Shown here one piece after another: positions 26,945-36,864 of a stretch of 64,000 nt of DNA. Numbering within the stretch: the stretch's first letter is position 1; each line of letters begins with the position of its first letter. Source of the DNA: Clostridia bacterium (lineage in GTDB: Bacteria; Bacillota; Clostridia; Oscillospirales; QAKW01); assembly GCA_017436525.1 (NCBI GenBank), contig JAFSCX010000019.1, forward strand, positions 11,155 through 75,154. The letters are read 5' to 3'. Below the pieces are notes generated by a model that ran no database searches, was not told the origin of the DNA, and worked only from the letters and a program-made list of their open reading frames with translations. The position numbers were made by a program, and so were the translations under genes.

Positions 26945-29900
26945 ATGAGAAAATCCAAATTTCGTATTCTATGTATCGCTGTGATCGCAGTATTACTGGT
27001 GGGAATGTATCCCTTTGCAGCCTCTGCGGAAGGGGAGAAAAGTCTCTCTGAGAAGCAGATCGCTTATTTTTCTGCGCCGGCATTATTTGCCGATGTGGGA
27101 GAGACGATTGATCTATCGGATTGCTCGGTGATGTTTGAGGTGAATAATGTTACGCCCGCATCGGAGATCACATGGTCTTCCGAGGATATCGCAATTATTG
27201 ACGGAAAAATTACACCCGCCGCCAAAGGGGTATATACTTTGTTTGCAATCGGCGCCGGGTATGGAAAGGATATCTATTTGGTTGTAAAAGATCCGTCTGA
27301 AGAAGAATATGTCCTTTATCAAAAAGATTTTTCAAATGTGGAATCCTTTGCAGCGCTGCAGCAAGAAGGATATTTTATCGCCCAGAAAAGTTATGGGCAA
27401 AATGTCTTGGTAACCAATGGTAAATTAGTGCTGGATGGTGATTCAGCCAATAAGCAAATGAGAGTGCTTCTCCCGTGGTGGATTGCTGATTTTGGTGATT
27501 ATACTTTTGAGGCTAATATCAGCTTTGATGATGCATACAACAATACTCGCTGGCTTGCCCTTGGCTATCGCACCCAAAGAGGGACAGGGTATTATCCTTA
27601 TATTCCTTACCAGGTTTTCACTACCCGGGCCAATAGCCATGAAAATCATTCCGGAGTAGAATTCAACCGTACCACCACAGCCGATACCTGGAATACAGCG
27701 TTTGGTGCCCAAAATACCTTTAATATCTATCAAAACGGTTCTCATCTTTATAAGGTTGAGGCGTATGGGACCCATCAAACCGGCTCCATCGACGGTGTTG
27801 TTGTTCATGACAATGAATTTCCATCGGAGCACACCACCGGCGGTGTCGGCTTTGTATCCGGTGGTGCGGAGATTGCCGTTTCCGATCTGAAAATCACTTT
27901 GGATCGCAAGGCAATTGAGCGGCTATATAAGAAGGTTATCACCGATGCAGATCCTGCATTATATGCAAAAGCAGGGGAGAAGATTGATCTTTCTCAGTAT
28001 AGCGTCATGTATAATAATGCTTCCGCTGTATGTGCGGAGCATCTTGCTTGGTCCTCTTCGGAGCTCATCATCACCAATGGGATGGTCTCGGCGGAAAAGG
28101 CAGGGGTTTATTCTTTGACTGCCTCTGTAAAAAATCCGCCTGTCAATGTTTCTGGAAATCCTGCAACTCTTTCCAGAACGATCTATTTAATGGTAAATAC
28201 CAAAATGAATGAGGTGGATGCTCCTGCATCAAATGTAGTGATGCCTGCCTCTGTGATTACTTATATCAATAGCAAAGCGGAGTTAGAGGGCCTTCTCAGC
28301 TATGATCCGGCTCCTGCTACTGCCATTCTTCGGCTGAATGAAAAATTAGATGCAGTGAATAAAGAAGGCGAGAAAATTGCCTCTTTAGAGGATGCACTCC
28401 TTGCTCTTGGAGAGCGCGTCATTCCGGCTTTTTATGTAGCCCATACCAAGGCGGTTGATGCTCTTTGCGCTTACGCAGAAAAAAATGATTTAAGTGATAG
28501 CTTTGTTGTTGCGCAGGATCCTTCTCTTATTAAGCAAGCAAGGGAAGGCTATTATTTCTTCCGCGGGGTGCTGGATCTTTCCGGCAGGCAACTTGAGAGT
28601 TTATATGAAGCAAGAAAGCGGACCAATGAGGCAGGAGCACGCATCTGCATTTTGCCGGATTCTTTAGTGAATAAGAAAAATGTAGAAAATTTGCAACGGC
28701 TGTTTATGACGGTTTGGGCAGAGCCTCAAGACGCATCTCCCGTTGAGCTGGTTGGTGCCATCACCGGCGGTGCGAATGGAATTATTACATCTGATCCTGC
28801 CGCTTTGATGGATGCTTTTACGAAATATTTTGATGAAAATACAATTACGCGCTCTACTGCGCTGATTGGGCATCGCGGCTCCCCCTCTTTAGGGCAGCCG
28901 AATACAGTGGCTGGATCCATGAAGGCATATGAAGCCGGCGCTACGGCCATAGAAAACGATGTATATATCACAGCCGATGGTGTGGTCGTTGTAATGCATG
29001 ATGCCACCATCGATGCCACCACAAACGGCAGCGGAAAAGTAGAAAATATGACCTATGCGCAGTTGCAGCAATATCATGTGGATGTCAATGTCAATGCGGA
29101 TCCCGAGCCCATCCCCACTTTGGAAGAATATTTTGAAGTCTTCAAGGGGATGGATGTGCAGCTGATTGTAGAGATTAAATCCGCAAAGGCTGCTATTTGC
29201 CAAGCGATTGCGGATCTGATTGAGAAATATGATATTGCAAATCAGGTTAATGTCATCTCTTTTAATGGTGCTCAGCTCTTGGAAATGAAGCGAATCCTGC
29301 CCGAAATTTCTGTGGGCTTGCTATCATCGGCTGTTATTGCCAACGATCATGCGATTGATATTTCCACTTATAAAATTCTGAATATTGTCCAGCGTTATAA
29401 TTCTACCCTTAATCCTCAATTTAGTAAGGGACCTGTGGACAAAGGGGTTATGACTGCCGCCCATCATCGTGGAGTAGGCCTCCATCTTTGGACATTGAAT
29501 AATGCCAATGATCAAAATTACTATTTCATGAATGGTGCCAATTCGCTGACCACCGATTATACGCAAAACTTTTCTGATATGGTCAAATCCCTTTCCACAC
29601 CAAAGGATATCTATCGAATCACATCAAACGGGATCAATTTCAAACTCACCTCCAAAACTTATGATCGCGGGGTGGCCGCAGTTTCTGCAGCTGAGATGCG
29701 AATCATAGAAGGGGATGAGATTTTCACCTATAAAAATGGCAGAATCACCGCCAATGGCAATGGTTCTGCAACGGTGATCTTTACCATGCCCTGCACCACC
29801 TCCAATGGTCAATCTTATCATGTCGCATCAGAGCCGATCGTGCTGCGTTATGAGGATGTAGTGCCGGGAGATATCGGTTGCGATGGGATGGTTACCATCG

Positions 29901-30040
29901 CCGATGCAGTAGTGCTGTTGCGCTATCTTCTCGGTGATGTGGATGAAATCGCACTTGCGAATGCCGATATGAATCATGATGAAATCATTTCTACAGCAGA
30001 TGCTGTAGAGATTCTTCGCTATGCGATGAAACAACCTTAA
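26945..30040 (+). CDS. Secreted multidomain glycerophosphodiester phosphodiesterase with a C-terminal dockerin
   Basis: Signal peptide MRKSKFRILCIAVIAVLLVGMYPFAASA, then Ig-like segments and a DUF1080/LamG-like beta-sandwich region. The GDPD core has motifs GHRGxP...ENT/D and MHD. The last 60 aa (29858-30037) form two F-hand dockerin repeats (GDIGCDGMVTIADAV / ADMNHDEIISTADAV). Confidence 0.85.
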   Translation: MRKSKFRILCIAVIAVLLVGMYPFAASAEGEKSLSEKQIAYFSAPALFADVGETIDLSDCSVMFEVNNVTPASEITWSSEDIAIIDGKITPAAKGVYTLFAIGAGYGKDIYLVVKDPSEEEYVLYQKDFSNVESFAALQQEGYFIAQKSYGQNVLVTNGKLVLDGDSANKQMRVLLPWWIADFGDYTFEANISFDDAYNNTRWLALGYRTQRGTGYYPYIPYQVFTTRANSHENHSGVEFNRTTTADTWNTAFGAQNTFNIYQNGSHLYKVEAYGTHQTGSIDGVVVHDNEFPSEHTTGGVGFVSGGAEIAVSDLKITLDRKAIERLYKKVITDADPALYAKAGEKIDLSQYSVMYNNASAVCAEHLAWSSSELIITNGMVSAEKAGVYSLTASVKNPPVNVSGNPATLSRTIYLMVNTKMNEVDAPASNVVMPASVITYINSKAELEGLLSYDPAPATAILRLNEKLDAVNKEGEKIASLEDALLALGERVIPAFYVAHTKAVDALCAYAEKNDLSDSFVVAQDPSLIKQAREGYYFFRGVLDLSGRQLESLYEARKRTNEAGARICILPDSLVNKKNVENLQRLFMTVWAEPQDASPVELVGAITGGANGIITSDPAALMDAFTKYFDENTITRSTALIGHRGSPSLGQPNTVAGSMKAYEAGATAIENDVYITADGVVVVMHDATIDATTNGSGKVENMTYAQLQQYHVDVNVNADPEPIPTLEEYFEVFKGMDVQLIVEIKSAKAAICQAIADLIEKYDIANQVNVISFNGAQLLEMKRILPEISVGLLSSAVIANDHAIDISTYKILNIVQRYNSTLNPQFSKGPVDKGVMTAAHHRGVGLHLWTLNNANDQNYYFMNGANSLTTDYTQNFSDMVKSLSTPKDIYRITSNGINFKLTSKTYDRGVAAVSAAEMRIIEGDEIFTYKNGRITANGNGSATVIFTMPCTTSNGQSYHVASEPIVLRYEDVVPGDIGCDGMVTIADAVVLLRYLLGDVDEIALANADMNHDEIISTADAVEILRYAMKQP

Positions 30041-30045
30041 ATCAT

Positions 30046-30077
30046 AAAACCACCGAAAAAGACTTTCGGTGGTTTTA
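30046..30077. terminator. Bidirectional terminator between the convergent GDPD and HAD genes
   Basis: Stem AAAACCACCGAAA/TTTCGGTGGTTTT with A and T flanks. Confidence 0.8.
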
Positions 30078-30080
30078 TCT

Positions 30081-30713
30081 TTATATATTCAATAATTCTT
30101 CAAATTTATCCAAAAGGTAGTCGGCTTCCTTGAGTTCTTCCCGATCGCCGTAGCCGTAGAGCACTGCAGCGCAGGGGAGAGCATGCATTTTTGCTCCTTC
30201 GATATCATAGATTCGATCGCCCACCATCAAGGTATTCTCTTTGGGAAGTTTCGCTTCCTCCAAGACATAGGCAATGACATCTTCCTTCTTTGTGCGGGTC
30301 TCTTCCATGGTAGAGCCGCCAATGAAATCAAAATAATCGTAAAGCTCAAAATGGCGCAATATTTCTTTTGCAAAGCCCTCCGGTTTGCTGGTGGCAAGGC
30401 AGAGGATGGCCCCTTGCTTTTTTAAGGCGGCAAGAGTCTCTTTGATGCCATCATAGAGGGTGTTCTCATAAAGACCTTTGGTGGAAAAATATTCCCGATA
30501 GAGGGTCAGCAGCGTTTGAGCCTCTTCTTTGGTTACACCGAAAACCGATTGAAACATATCCAAAAGAGGCGGCCCGATAAAGCAATAAAGCTTTTCACGC
30601 TCCACCTTAGGAATCCCGAATTTTTCCATGGCATAGAGGATGGAGTTGGTAATCCCGATGGCGGGATCGGTGAGGGTACCGTCCAGATCAAATAAAAAAT
30701 GTTTGTAGGTCAT
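30081..30713 (-). CDS. HAD-IA family hydrolase (phosphoglycolate phosphatase-like)
   Basis: FDLDGTL motif I, (A)TSK motif II, GDRxxD motif IV, 210 aa. Confidence 0.85.
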   Translation of the reverse strand: MTYKHFLFDLDGTLTDPAIGITNSILYAMEKFGIPKVEREKLYCFIGPPLLDMFQSVFGVTKEEAQTLLTLYREYFSTKGLYENTLYDGIKETLAALKKQGAILCLATSKPEGFAKEILRHFELYDYFDFIGGSTMEETRTKKEDVIAYVLEEAKLPKENTLMVGDRIYDIEGAKMHALPCAAVLYGYGDREELKEADYLLDKFEELLNI

Positions 30714-30808
30714 ATTGTCTTCTCCTTTATCATTATTTTACCTCGGATTTTAATAAATTGCAATCATAAAGCGGTGAAAAACGGCAGATAATGAAAGAGG
30801 AGGAAGAA

Positions 30809-32248
30809 ATGATGAATTTTACCAATGATTTTGATCAAAATTTTGCACTGATCCGAGAGGCCTTTCAGCGGGATGATACCTTGAAAATCAAAATGATCCG
30901 AAATCCCCATCATCCTGAAATCCCCATCGTGGCGATGATGAGCGGAGCGATGGTCAGCAATGATATTGCCAATCGGGATGTTGTCGAACCCTTGGAGACC
31001 CATCTTTATCCGCCTACTCCGGAAGGAGCGGTGGCGGGCGGCATCTCTTGCCATAATTTAGAAATTTCCGCAGATCCCGAAAAAGCCTTGGTTCAGCTGG
31101 GATCGGGGGATTGCATTGTATTGATCGGCGATTACCCTCAATGCATCATTATCGATACAAAAGGAATGGCTCAGCGCAGCAATTCCATACCGGAGACGGA
31201 GATTTCTCTTCTTGGCCCGCAGGATGGATTTAATGAAAATATTATGGCGAATTTGGGCCTTTTGAAAAAAAGAATTGCCTCATCTGCCTTAAAATGTGAA
31301 TTTTCAGTGATCGGAAAGCAGAGCAATAATAAAATTGTGGTCTGTTATTTGGAGGGTGTGGTCCGAAAAGAGACGGTAAATACCCTGAAAAAACGGCTTC
31401 AAAAAATTGATATCGACGGGATCTTGGATGGTAATGTCCTTGCGGAGCTGATTCGTGATCATCCTCATGCTCTTTTTAAGACCGTGGGGAAGACTGCTCG
31501 CCCCGATGTCCTTGCCGCAAAGCTTTTAGAGGGGCGCGTGGGAGTGATTTTAGACGGCTCTCCCATTGCATTGACACTGCCTTATATCTTCGCGGAGAGC
31601 TTTCAAAGTCCGGATGATTATTATCAAAGCTATCTCTATGGAAATGTGGGAAGAGGGTTGCGTTTTTTAGGTTTTTTAATTGCGGTTTTTCTTCCTGCAT
31701 TTTATCTTGCGGTTGTGAATTTCAATCCGGGAATTCTGCCTGCCCATTGGTTCTATACGGTGCTTTCCTCTTCGATCGGAGTCCCGATTCATACCGCCAC
31801 TGAAATGTTGATTTTGCTTTTTGCTTTTGAAATTTTAAGGGAGACAGGCACTCGAATGCCTGCCGGCTTGGGCCTTGCTCTGAATGTGGTTGGCGCTGTG
31901 ATATTGGGGGATGCGGCAGTCAATAGCAATATTGTCTCAACCCCTATGGTGATTATTGTGGCTTTTTCCGGTGTTACGGGGCTGATGGTGAAGGATTTGA
32001 AGGGGGCGGTATTCTTTCTGCGCTTGGGCGCATTGCTGGCTGCTGCGATCTTTGGCCTTGCGGGGCTTTTTTTGATGGCAGTCTGCTTGCTTTTGCACCT
32101 TGCCTCCCTCTCTTCTTTAGGGGTTCCGTTTCTATATACTTTAGATCCCAAAAACGGAAATCAGGACACCCTGATCCGAATGCCCTATTGGAGGATGATT
32201 GCCCGCCAGCGCAGATTCAGCGCGAATAACAGGAGGCAAAAGCCATGA
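30809..32248 (+). CDS. Spore germination protein, GerA (A-subunit) family
   Basis: GerA-family A-subunit-like architecture: a soluble N-terminal domain followed by a C-terminal block of about five TM segments. Start is placed at ATG 30809 after GAGGAGGA; the ORF track start at 30791 contains that SD. Confidence 0.85.
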   Translation: MMNFTNDFDQNFALIREAFQRDDTLKIKMIRNPHHPEIPIVAMMSGAMVSNDIANRDVVEPLETHLYPPTPEGAVAGGISCHNLEISADPEKALVQLGSGDCIVLIGDYPQCIIIDTKGMAQRSNSIPETEISLLGPQDGFNENIMANLGLLKKRIASSALKCEFSVIGKQSNNKIVVCYLEGVVRKETVNTLKKRLQKIDIDGILDGNVLAELIRDHPHALFKTVGKTARPDVLAAKLLEGRVGVILDGSPIALTLPYIFAESFQSPDDYYQSYLYGNVGRGLRFLGFLIAVFLPAFYLAVVNFNPGILPAHWFYTVLSSSIGVPIHTATEMLILLFAFEILRETGTRMPAGLGLALNVVGAVILGDAAVNSNIVSTPMVIIVAFSGVTGLMVKDLKGAVFFLRLGALLAAAIFGLAGLFLMAVCLLLHLASLSSLGVPFLYTLDPKNGNQDTLIRMPYWRMIARQRRFSANNRRQKP

Positions 32249-32808
32249 AAAAATATCGGTATTTTGCAATCGGATTTCTATTGCTTTTTGCCATTGTTGC
32301 CTCCTTTTGGTTGCCTCGCCGCAATCTGCGTGAGACTGCTCAGGTGGCAGGAATCGCTCTGGATTGGGAGCAGGAGGGGCTGATGGCTACTTTTGAGCTG
32401 TACCAAGCGGATGCAAAGGAGACCATCGGCGCAAAAAAGAGTGTGGTAATCGGGTATGGAGAAACCCTTGAAATGTGTATAGAAGATGCTTTGCGCCGGC
32501 AAGGGAAACATCTTTTTGTGAATGATGCATCGGTGCTGATCTTGGGCCAAGAAAAGAAGGAGCGGATGCTGGAGGCAGTGCTGAATTATTATAGCGATTT
32601 TTCCCATGATGATATGGATCTGCCTGTATTTTTTGCTAAAGGAAAAGCTGCAGATTTTTTGAATGGGGAGGGTGCAGTGCGCTCAATGGAAATTGCCGCA
32701 AGCGCAAAAGCACTGAATTGGCGGCAGACGGTGAAGGATCTTATGAATCAAAAAGGGGAAAAAATATGGCTTTTATTGAAGGAGGATGGCTATGAATTGG
32801 AAAAATAG
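32245..32808 (+). CDS. Short Ger(x)C-like protein, N-terminal domain only
   Basis: 187 aa with an N-terminal TM/signal segment and a pattern (VAGIALD..., LILGQE) resembling the GerxC N-domain. It lacks the lipobox Cys and the usual C-terminal domain. Overlaps the GerA stop. Confidence 0.5.
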   Translation: MKKYRYFAIGFLLLFAIVASFWLPRRNLRETAQVAGIALDWEQEGLMATFELYQADAKETIGAKKSVVIGYGETLEMCIEDALRRQGKHLFVNDASVLILGQEKKERMLEAVLNYYSDFSHDDMDLPVFFAKGKAADFLNGEGAVRSMEIAASAKALNWRQTVKDLMNQKGEKIWLLLKEDGYELEK

Positions 32809-33532
32809 CCTGATGCTGATCTCGGGAGAGACAGCCGCATTCGGTTGGTTTATATTGCGGGGCCTTTCCTTTATCTCGTTGCTCCCCTTAATCCCTATTG
32901 GATATTTCTATTACCGCTGTATGAAGGAGCGGAAGGAGTGCTCCTTGGCTTTGAATGGATTGACCTTTATAGCGTCTTTACTCTTTTGCAGCAGCATATT
33001 AAGCTATGGCCTGTTTCAAGGGGGAGGAAGGCTCCTTTTGATTGCTTTGCTTTTGGTTGTGGGCCTTTTGGGAATGAATGTGCCGAAAAGAGAGTGGATA
33101 CGGGTCAGCAGTTGGTGGATAGCCGCATTTTTAGTTGTTTTTATCGGGATGCTGATTGCGACCTCTTTCGGGGTTCGGCCTGAATCGGAGATGCCGCCTT
33201 TCGGTGAATGGTGGGAAATTTTGATCTTTTACCTATTGGCTTTTGGGGAGCCTTTGGGTATGGGGCGGGAATATGCCGGCGCGCCCTTGGCTCTCGGAAT
33301 TCTATTGATCCCATTCGGAGCGGCGGCCTATTATGCTTTGGGCGGTGGTGCATTCCGCTTGGCGCAATTTCCTTATTTATCGGTTTGGTCGGGCGTATCC
33401 TTACTCTCGATCCACCATATAGAAGGAATTATATTGGGCTTTTTTTACGGAGTAGTTGCTTTCAGAACCGCAGATTTATTTAGAATGATTTTTGAAAGAT
33501 ATTGCAAATCTTTGGAGGATGTGGTAGAATAG
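32786..33532 (+). CDS. Polytopic membrane protein, possibly a divergent or short GerB-like subunit
   Basis: 248 aa with about 7 hydrophobic segments, overlapping the upstream gene. No transporter signature recognised. Confidence 0.5.
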   Translation: MAMNWKNSLMLISGETAAFGWFILRGLSFISLLPLIPIGYFYYRCMKERKECSLALNGLTFIASLLFCSSILSYGLFQGGGRLLLIALLLVVGLLGMNVPKREWIRVSSWWIAAFLVVFIGMLIATSFGVRPESEMPPFGEWWEILIFYLLAFGEPLGMGREYAGAPLALGILLIPFGAAAYYALGGGAFRLAQFPYLSVWSGVSLLSIHHIEGIILGFFYGVVAFRTADLFRMIFERYCKSLEDVVE

Positions 33533-33558
33533 AACAAATAAATTTCGGAGGTATTTTT

Positions 33559-34335
33559 ATGATTAAGGTTACCGTATGGAATGAATATTTTCACGATGAT
33601 CCCCAGTGCGATAAATGCGATGCGCGCTCAATCGAATGTCATCCCAATGGATTGCATGAGACGGTTGCTGCCATTGTGCGGGAATTGGGAGAAGATAAAG
33701 TATCTGTTCGCACCGCTGTGCAGAAGGATCCGGAGCATGGCCTTTCTCAGGAAGTGCTGGATGATACGGATGTATTGATCTGGTGGGGGCATATGGCTCA
33801 TGATTTGGTTTCCGATGAGATCGTGGATCGGGTTCATCAGCGTATTCTCAAGGGTATGGGGCTGATCGCTCTTCATTCGGCCCACTATTCCAAAATTTTC
33901 AAGAAGATTAATGGTACGACCTGCTCTTTGAAATGGCGGGATGGTGCTTACGAGCGAATTTTCACCATCAACCCGACCCATCCCATTGCAAAAGGAATTC
34001 CCGAAAATTTTGAATTAGGCGTAGAAGAATGCTATGCAGAATGCTTTGATATTGCCAAGCCCGATGATGTGATTTTTGAGGGTTGGTTTGATATCGGTGA
34101 AGTATTCCGGAGCGGCTGCACCTGGACCCGCGGCTATGGAAAAATCTTCTATTTCCAGCCCGGCCACGAGACCAATACCGCCTATTGGAATCCTCATGTT
34201 CGTAAAATTATTCAAAACGCAGTGGAATGGTGCTATAATCCCATTGCCCGTCCTTATATGGATGCTCCTCGAATCAAAACAACTTTGGAAGAGCTTCGCA
34301 ACGGCTCTGAAGGGGAGTACCTCCGTCATTTTTAA
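33559..34335 (+). CDS. ThuA-domain (trehalose utilisation-like) protein
   Basis: MIKVTVWNEY...HP N-terminus and overall size typical of the ThuA family. Start at ATG 33559 after GGAGG. Confidence 0.75.
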   Translation: MIKVTVWNEYFHDDPQCDKCDARSIECHPNGLHETVAAIVRELGEDKVSVRTAVQKDPEHGLSQEVLDDTDVLIWWGHMAHDLVSDEIVDRVHQRILKGMGLIALHSAHYSKIFKKINGTTCSLKWRDGAYERIFTINPTHPIAKGIPENFELGVEECYAECFDIAKPDDVIFEGWFDIGEVFRSGCTWTRGYGKIFYFQPGHETNTAYWNPHVRKIIQNAVEWCYNPIARPYMDAPRIKTTLEELRNGSEGEYLRHF

Positions 34336-34339
34336 TATC

Positions 34340-34368
34340 AACGCCGCCTATTTGGGCGGCGTTCTTTT
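34340..34368 (+). terminator. Intrinsic terminator
   Basis: Stem AACGCCGCC/GGCGGCGTT followed by CTTTT. Confidence 0.75.
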
Positions 34369-34380
34369 AATGAAAAATAC

Positions 34381-34409
34381 TTGATTATTATTATTTTATC
34401 TTGTATAAT
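34381..34409 (+). promoter_or_regulatory. Sigma-A promoter upstream of lon
   Basis: TTGATT (34381-86), 17-nt spacer, TATAAT (34404-09). Confidence 0.5.
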
Positions 34410-34452
34410 AAATTGATATATTATTGATTATTTAGTCCCAAAGGAGCAGCAA

Positions 34453-36864
34453 ATGTCTGAAAACAAAGTTTTAGAAACCAATAATACCTTGCAGCAGCAC
34501 CCGCTGATCGCATCTCGCGGGGTTGTTGCATTTCCTCATAACAATCTTTCCTTTGATGTGGTCAGAAGCTTTTCCATTCGTGCAGTAGAGATTGCTGCTA
34601 AAAGAGACGGCCTTCTGATCCTTGCCTCCCAAAAGGATTTTACCATCGAAGATCCCGCCCCTTCCGATATTGAAGGAATGGGGACCTTAGTAAAGATTTC
34701 TCAGGTGATTAAGATCCATGATAATGTGGTTCGTGTGGTCTGCCGCGGTGTCGCTCGTTGCGATCTTTTGCGGGTAGAAAAGAAGCAGGAAATTATGGCG
34801 GGGGTCATTTTTCCTATTGCTGAAATTGAAGCCTCTGCCGAGACTGCCGAGCGGGAAGCGCTTTTGCGTTCCTTGAAGGAAGCCTTTGGCCGCTATGCAA
34901 CCATGGCGCCCAAGATGGACGAAGAAAAAGCGCCGAGTATATTTATGGAGCAGGATCTGGGCCGTTGCGCCGATATGATTGCTGCCCATGGTTTTTTCGA
35001 GCCGGATGCCAAGCAGCAGATCTTGGAGCAATTGGATCCTGTCAAGCGCTGTGAGCAGCTGCTGAAGATTATTTCCAGAGAAAATGAAGTGCTGAAAATG
35101 GAGCAGGAAATTCATGCTCGTGTAAGAGAATCCATCGAAGCCAATCAGCGGGATTATTATCTTCATGAGCAGATGCGGGTTATTCAGGATGAGCTGGGTG
35201 AAGGCGAGGGCGATGATATTGATGGATATTACGATCGAGTAAATCGGCTCAATACCACCCAAGAGATCAAAGAAAAGCTGATCAAAGAAGTGGATCGCAT
35301 GGCCAAAATGCCGCCCCTCTCCCATGAAGGCGCAGTCATCCGCAGCTATTTGGATTTGGTGCTGGAGGTTCCTTTTGGGATCTATACGGAAGAGAATTTA
35401 GATATTGCCTCTGCAAGAGCAGTGCTGGAAAAGGATCACTATGGCATGGAAGAGGTCAAAACCCGCGTGCTGGAGTTTCTGGCCGTCCGCTCCCTGAATG
35501 CGGTTGGCGGGCAAATTCTTTGCTTGGTCGGACCTCCGGGTGTTGGAAAGACCTCTATTGCCCGCTCTGTAGCCGAGGCAACCAACCGTAAGCTGGCGCG
35601 CGTCAGCCTTGGCGGTGTCCATGACGAAGCGGAGATTCGCGGCCATCGCAAGACCTATATCGGCGCGATGCCCGGCAGAATTGCAGATGCTGTCATCAAA
35701 GCGGGCAGCGCCAATCCGCTGATTCTTCTGGATGAGGTGGATAAGATGTGCTCCGATTTGCGGGGTGATCCTGCTTCTGCCCTTCTTGAAGTATTGGATA
35801 GCGAGCAAAATTGCAATTATGTGGATCATTATATTGAGGTGCCGATGGATCTTTCGCAGGCCTTCTTTATCATGACAGCCAATTCCTTGGATACAATCCC
35901 CCGCCCGCTTTTGGATCGTATGGAGGTGATTGAGCTTTCCTCTTATTTGGATGAGGAAAAATTTCATATTGCCAAGCAATATTTAATCCCCAAGCAGCGC
36001 AAAACCCATGGCTTGAAAGGGAATCAGATTCGAATCAGCGATGCAGCCTTGCGTGCGCTGATTGATGGCTATACCCGCGAATCGGGCGTGCGCGAATTGG
36101 AGCGTTGCATCGGCAAAATCATGAGAAAGGCCGCTCTTCGGATTGTAGAAGAAGGGAAGAGCGGCATGAGTGTTGGTGAGAAGCATCTTGAAGGGCTTCT
36201 CGGCGCCCGCAAATATAAAGAAGAGGCGCTCTACGGCGCAGATTGCTGCGGTATTGTAAACGGCCTTGCATGGACTGCTGTCGGCGGTGAGATGCTCACG
36301 GTAGAAGTCTCTGCCTTGGAAGGCAATGGCAAACTGGAGCTTACCGGTAGCTTGGGCGATGTCATGAAAGAGAGTGCCCGTACCGCCCTTTCCTACCTTC
36401 GGAGCGTATCCGATCGGATGGGCGTCAGCTATGATTTTTATAAGACCATGGATCTTCATATCCATTTTCCGGAAGGGGCAGTGCCGAAGGATGGCCCCAG
36501 CGCAGGCATTACGATTGCCACCGCCGTCTGCTCTGCACTGACGGGAATTCCCGCTGATAATAAGACCGCCATGACAGGGGAGATCACCCTGACCGGCCGT
36601 GTCCTGCCCATCGGCGGCTTGCGGGAAAAGACCATGGCCGCTTATAAGCACGGGATCAAGAGAGTTTATATCCCCAAAGAGAATCTTCCCGATCTGGAGA
36701 AGGTGGATCCTACTGTGCGCAAGGGCATTGAATTTATCGCCGTCTCTCATGCCGATGAGGTCTTGAAAGGCGTTCTCGGCATTAGTGATAAAAAGAAGAA
36801 AACATTTATCTGCCCGCCTCAAAAATCGGGCAAGAAGGATGCAGGTAACGAAGTATGGGTCTAA
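34453..36864 (+). CDS. lon: ATP-dependent Lon protease (LonA)
   Basis: 803 aa. LON N-domain, Walker A GPPGVGKTS, protease motif DGPSAGIT with catalytic Ser. Confidence 0.95.
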   Translation: MSENKVLETNNTLQQHPLIASRGVVAFPHNNLSFDVVRSFSIRAVEIAAKRDGLLILASQKDFTIEDPAPSDIEGMGTLVKISQVIKIHDNVVRVVCRGVARCDLLRVEKKQEIMAGVIFPIAEIEASAETAEREALLRSLKEAFGRYATMAPKMDEEKAPSIFMEQDLGRCADMIAAHGFFEPDAKQQILEQLDPVKRCEQLLKIISRENEVLKMEQEIHARVRESIEANQRDYYLHEQMRVIQDELGEGEGDDIDGYYDRVNRLNTTQEIKEKLIKEVDRMAKMPPLSHEGAVIRSYLDLVLEVPFGIYTEENLDIASARAVLEKDHYGMEEVKTRVLEFLAVRSLNAVGGQILCLVGPPGVGKTSIARSVAEATNRKLARVSLGGVHDEAEIRGHRKTYIGAMPGRIADAVIKAGSANPLILLDEVDKMCSDLRGDPASALLEVLDSEQNCNYVDHYIEVPMDLSQAFFIMTANSLDTIPRPLLDRMEVIELSSYLDEEKFHIAKQYLIPKQRKTHGLKGNQIRISDAALRALIDGYTRESGVRELERCIGKIMRKAALRIVEEGKSGMSVGEKHLEGLLGARKYKEEALYGADCCGIVNGLAWTAVGGEMLTVEVSALEGNGKLELTGSLGDVMKESARTALSYLRSVSDRMGVSYDFYKTMDLHIHFPEGAVPKDGPSAGITIATAVCSALTGIPADNKTAMTGEITLTGRVLPIGGLREKTMAAYKHGIKRVYIPKENLPDLEKVDPTVRKGIEFIAVSHADEVLKGVLGISDKKKKTFICPPQKSGKKDAGNEVWV

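Noticed and set aside
32845-33483. Alternative-frame ORFs (112 aa and 91 aa) inside the 32786-33532 membrane gene
   Set aside because: They overlap the longer hydrophobic frame that is translationally coupled to the upstream gene. There is no independent start signal.
34381-34432. Direct repeat TTGATTATT (34381 and 34424) upstream of lon; considered as a CtsR or CIRCE operator
   Set aside because: It matches neither the CtsR heptad repeat nor the CIRCE inverted repeat. The region is simply very A+T-rich promoter DNA.
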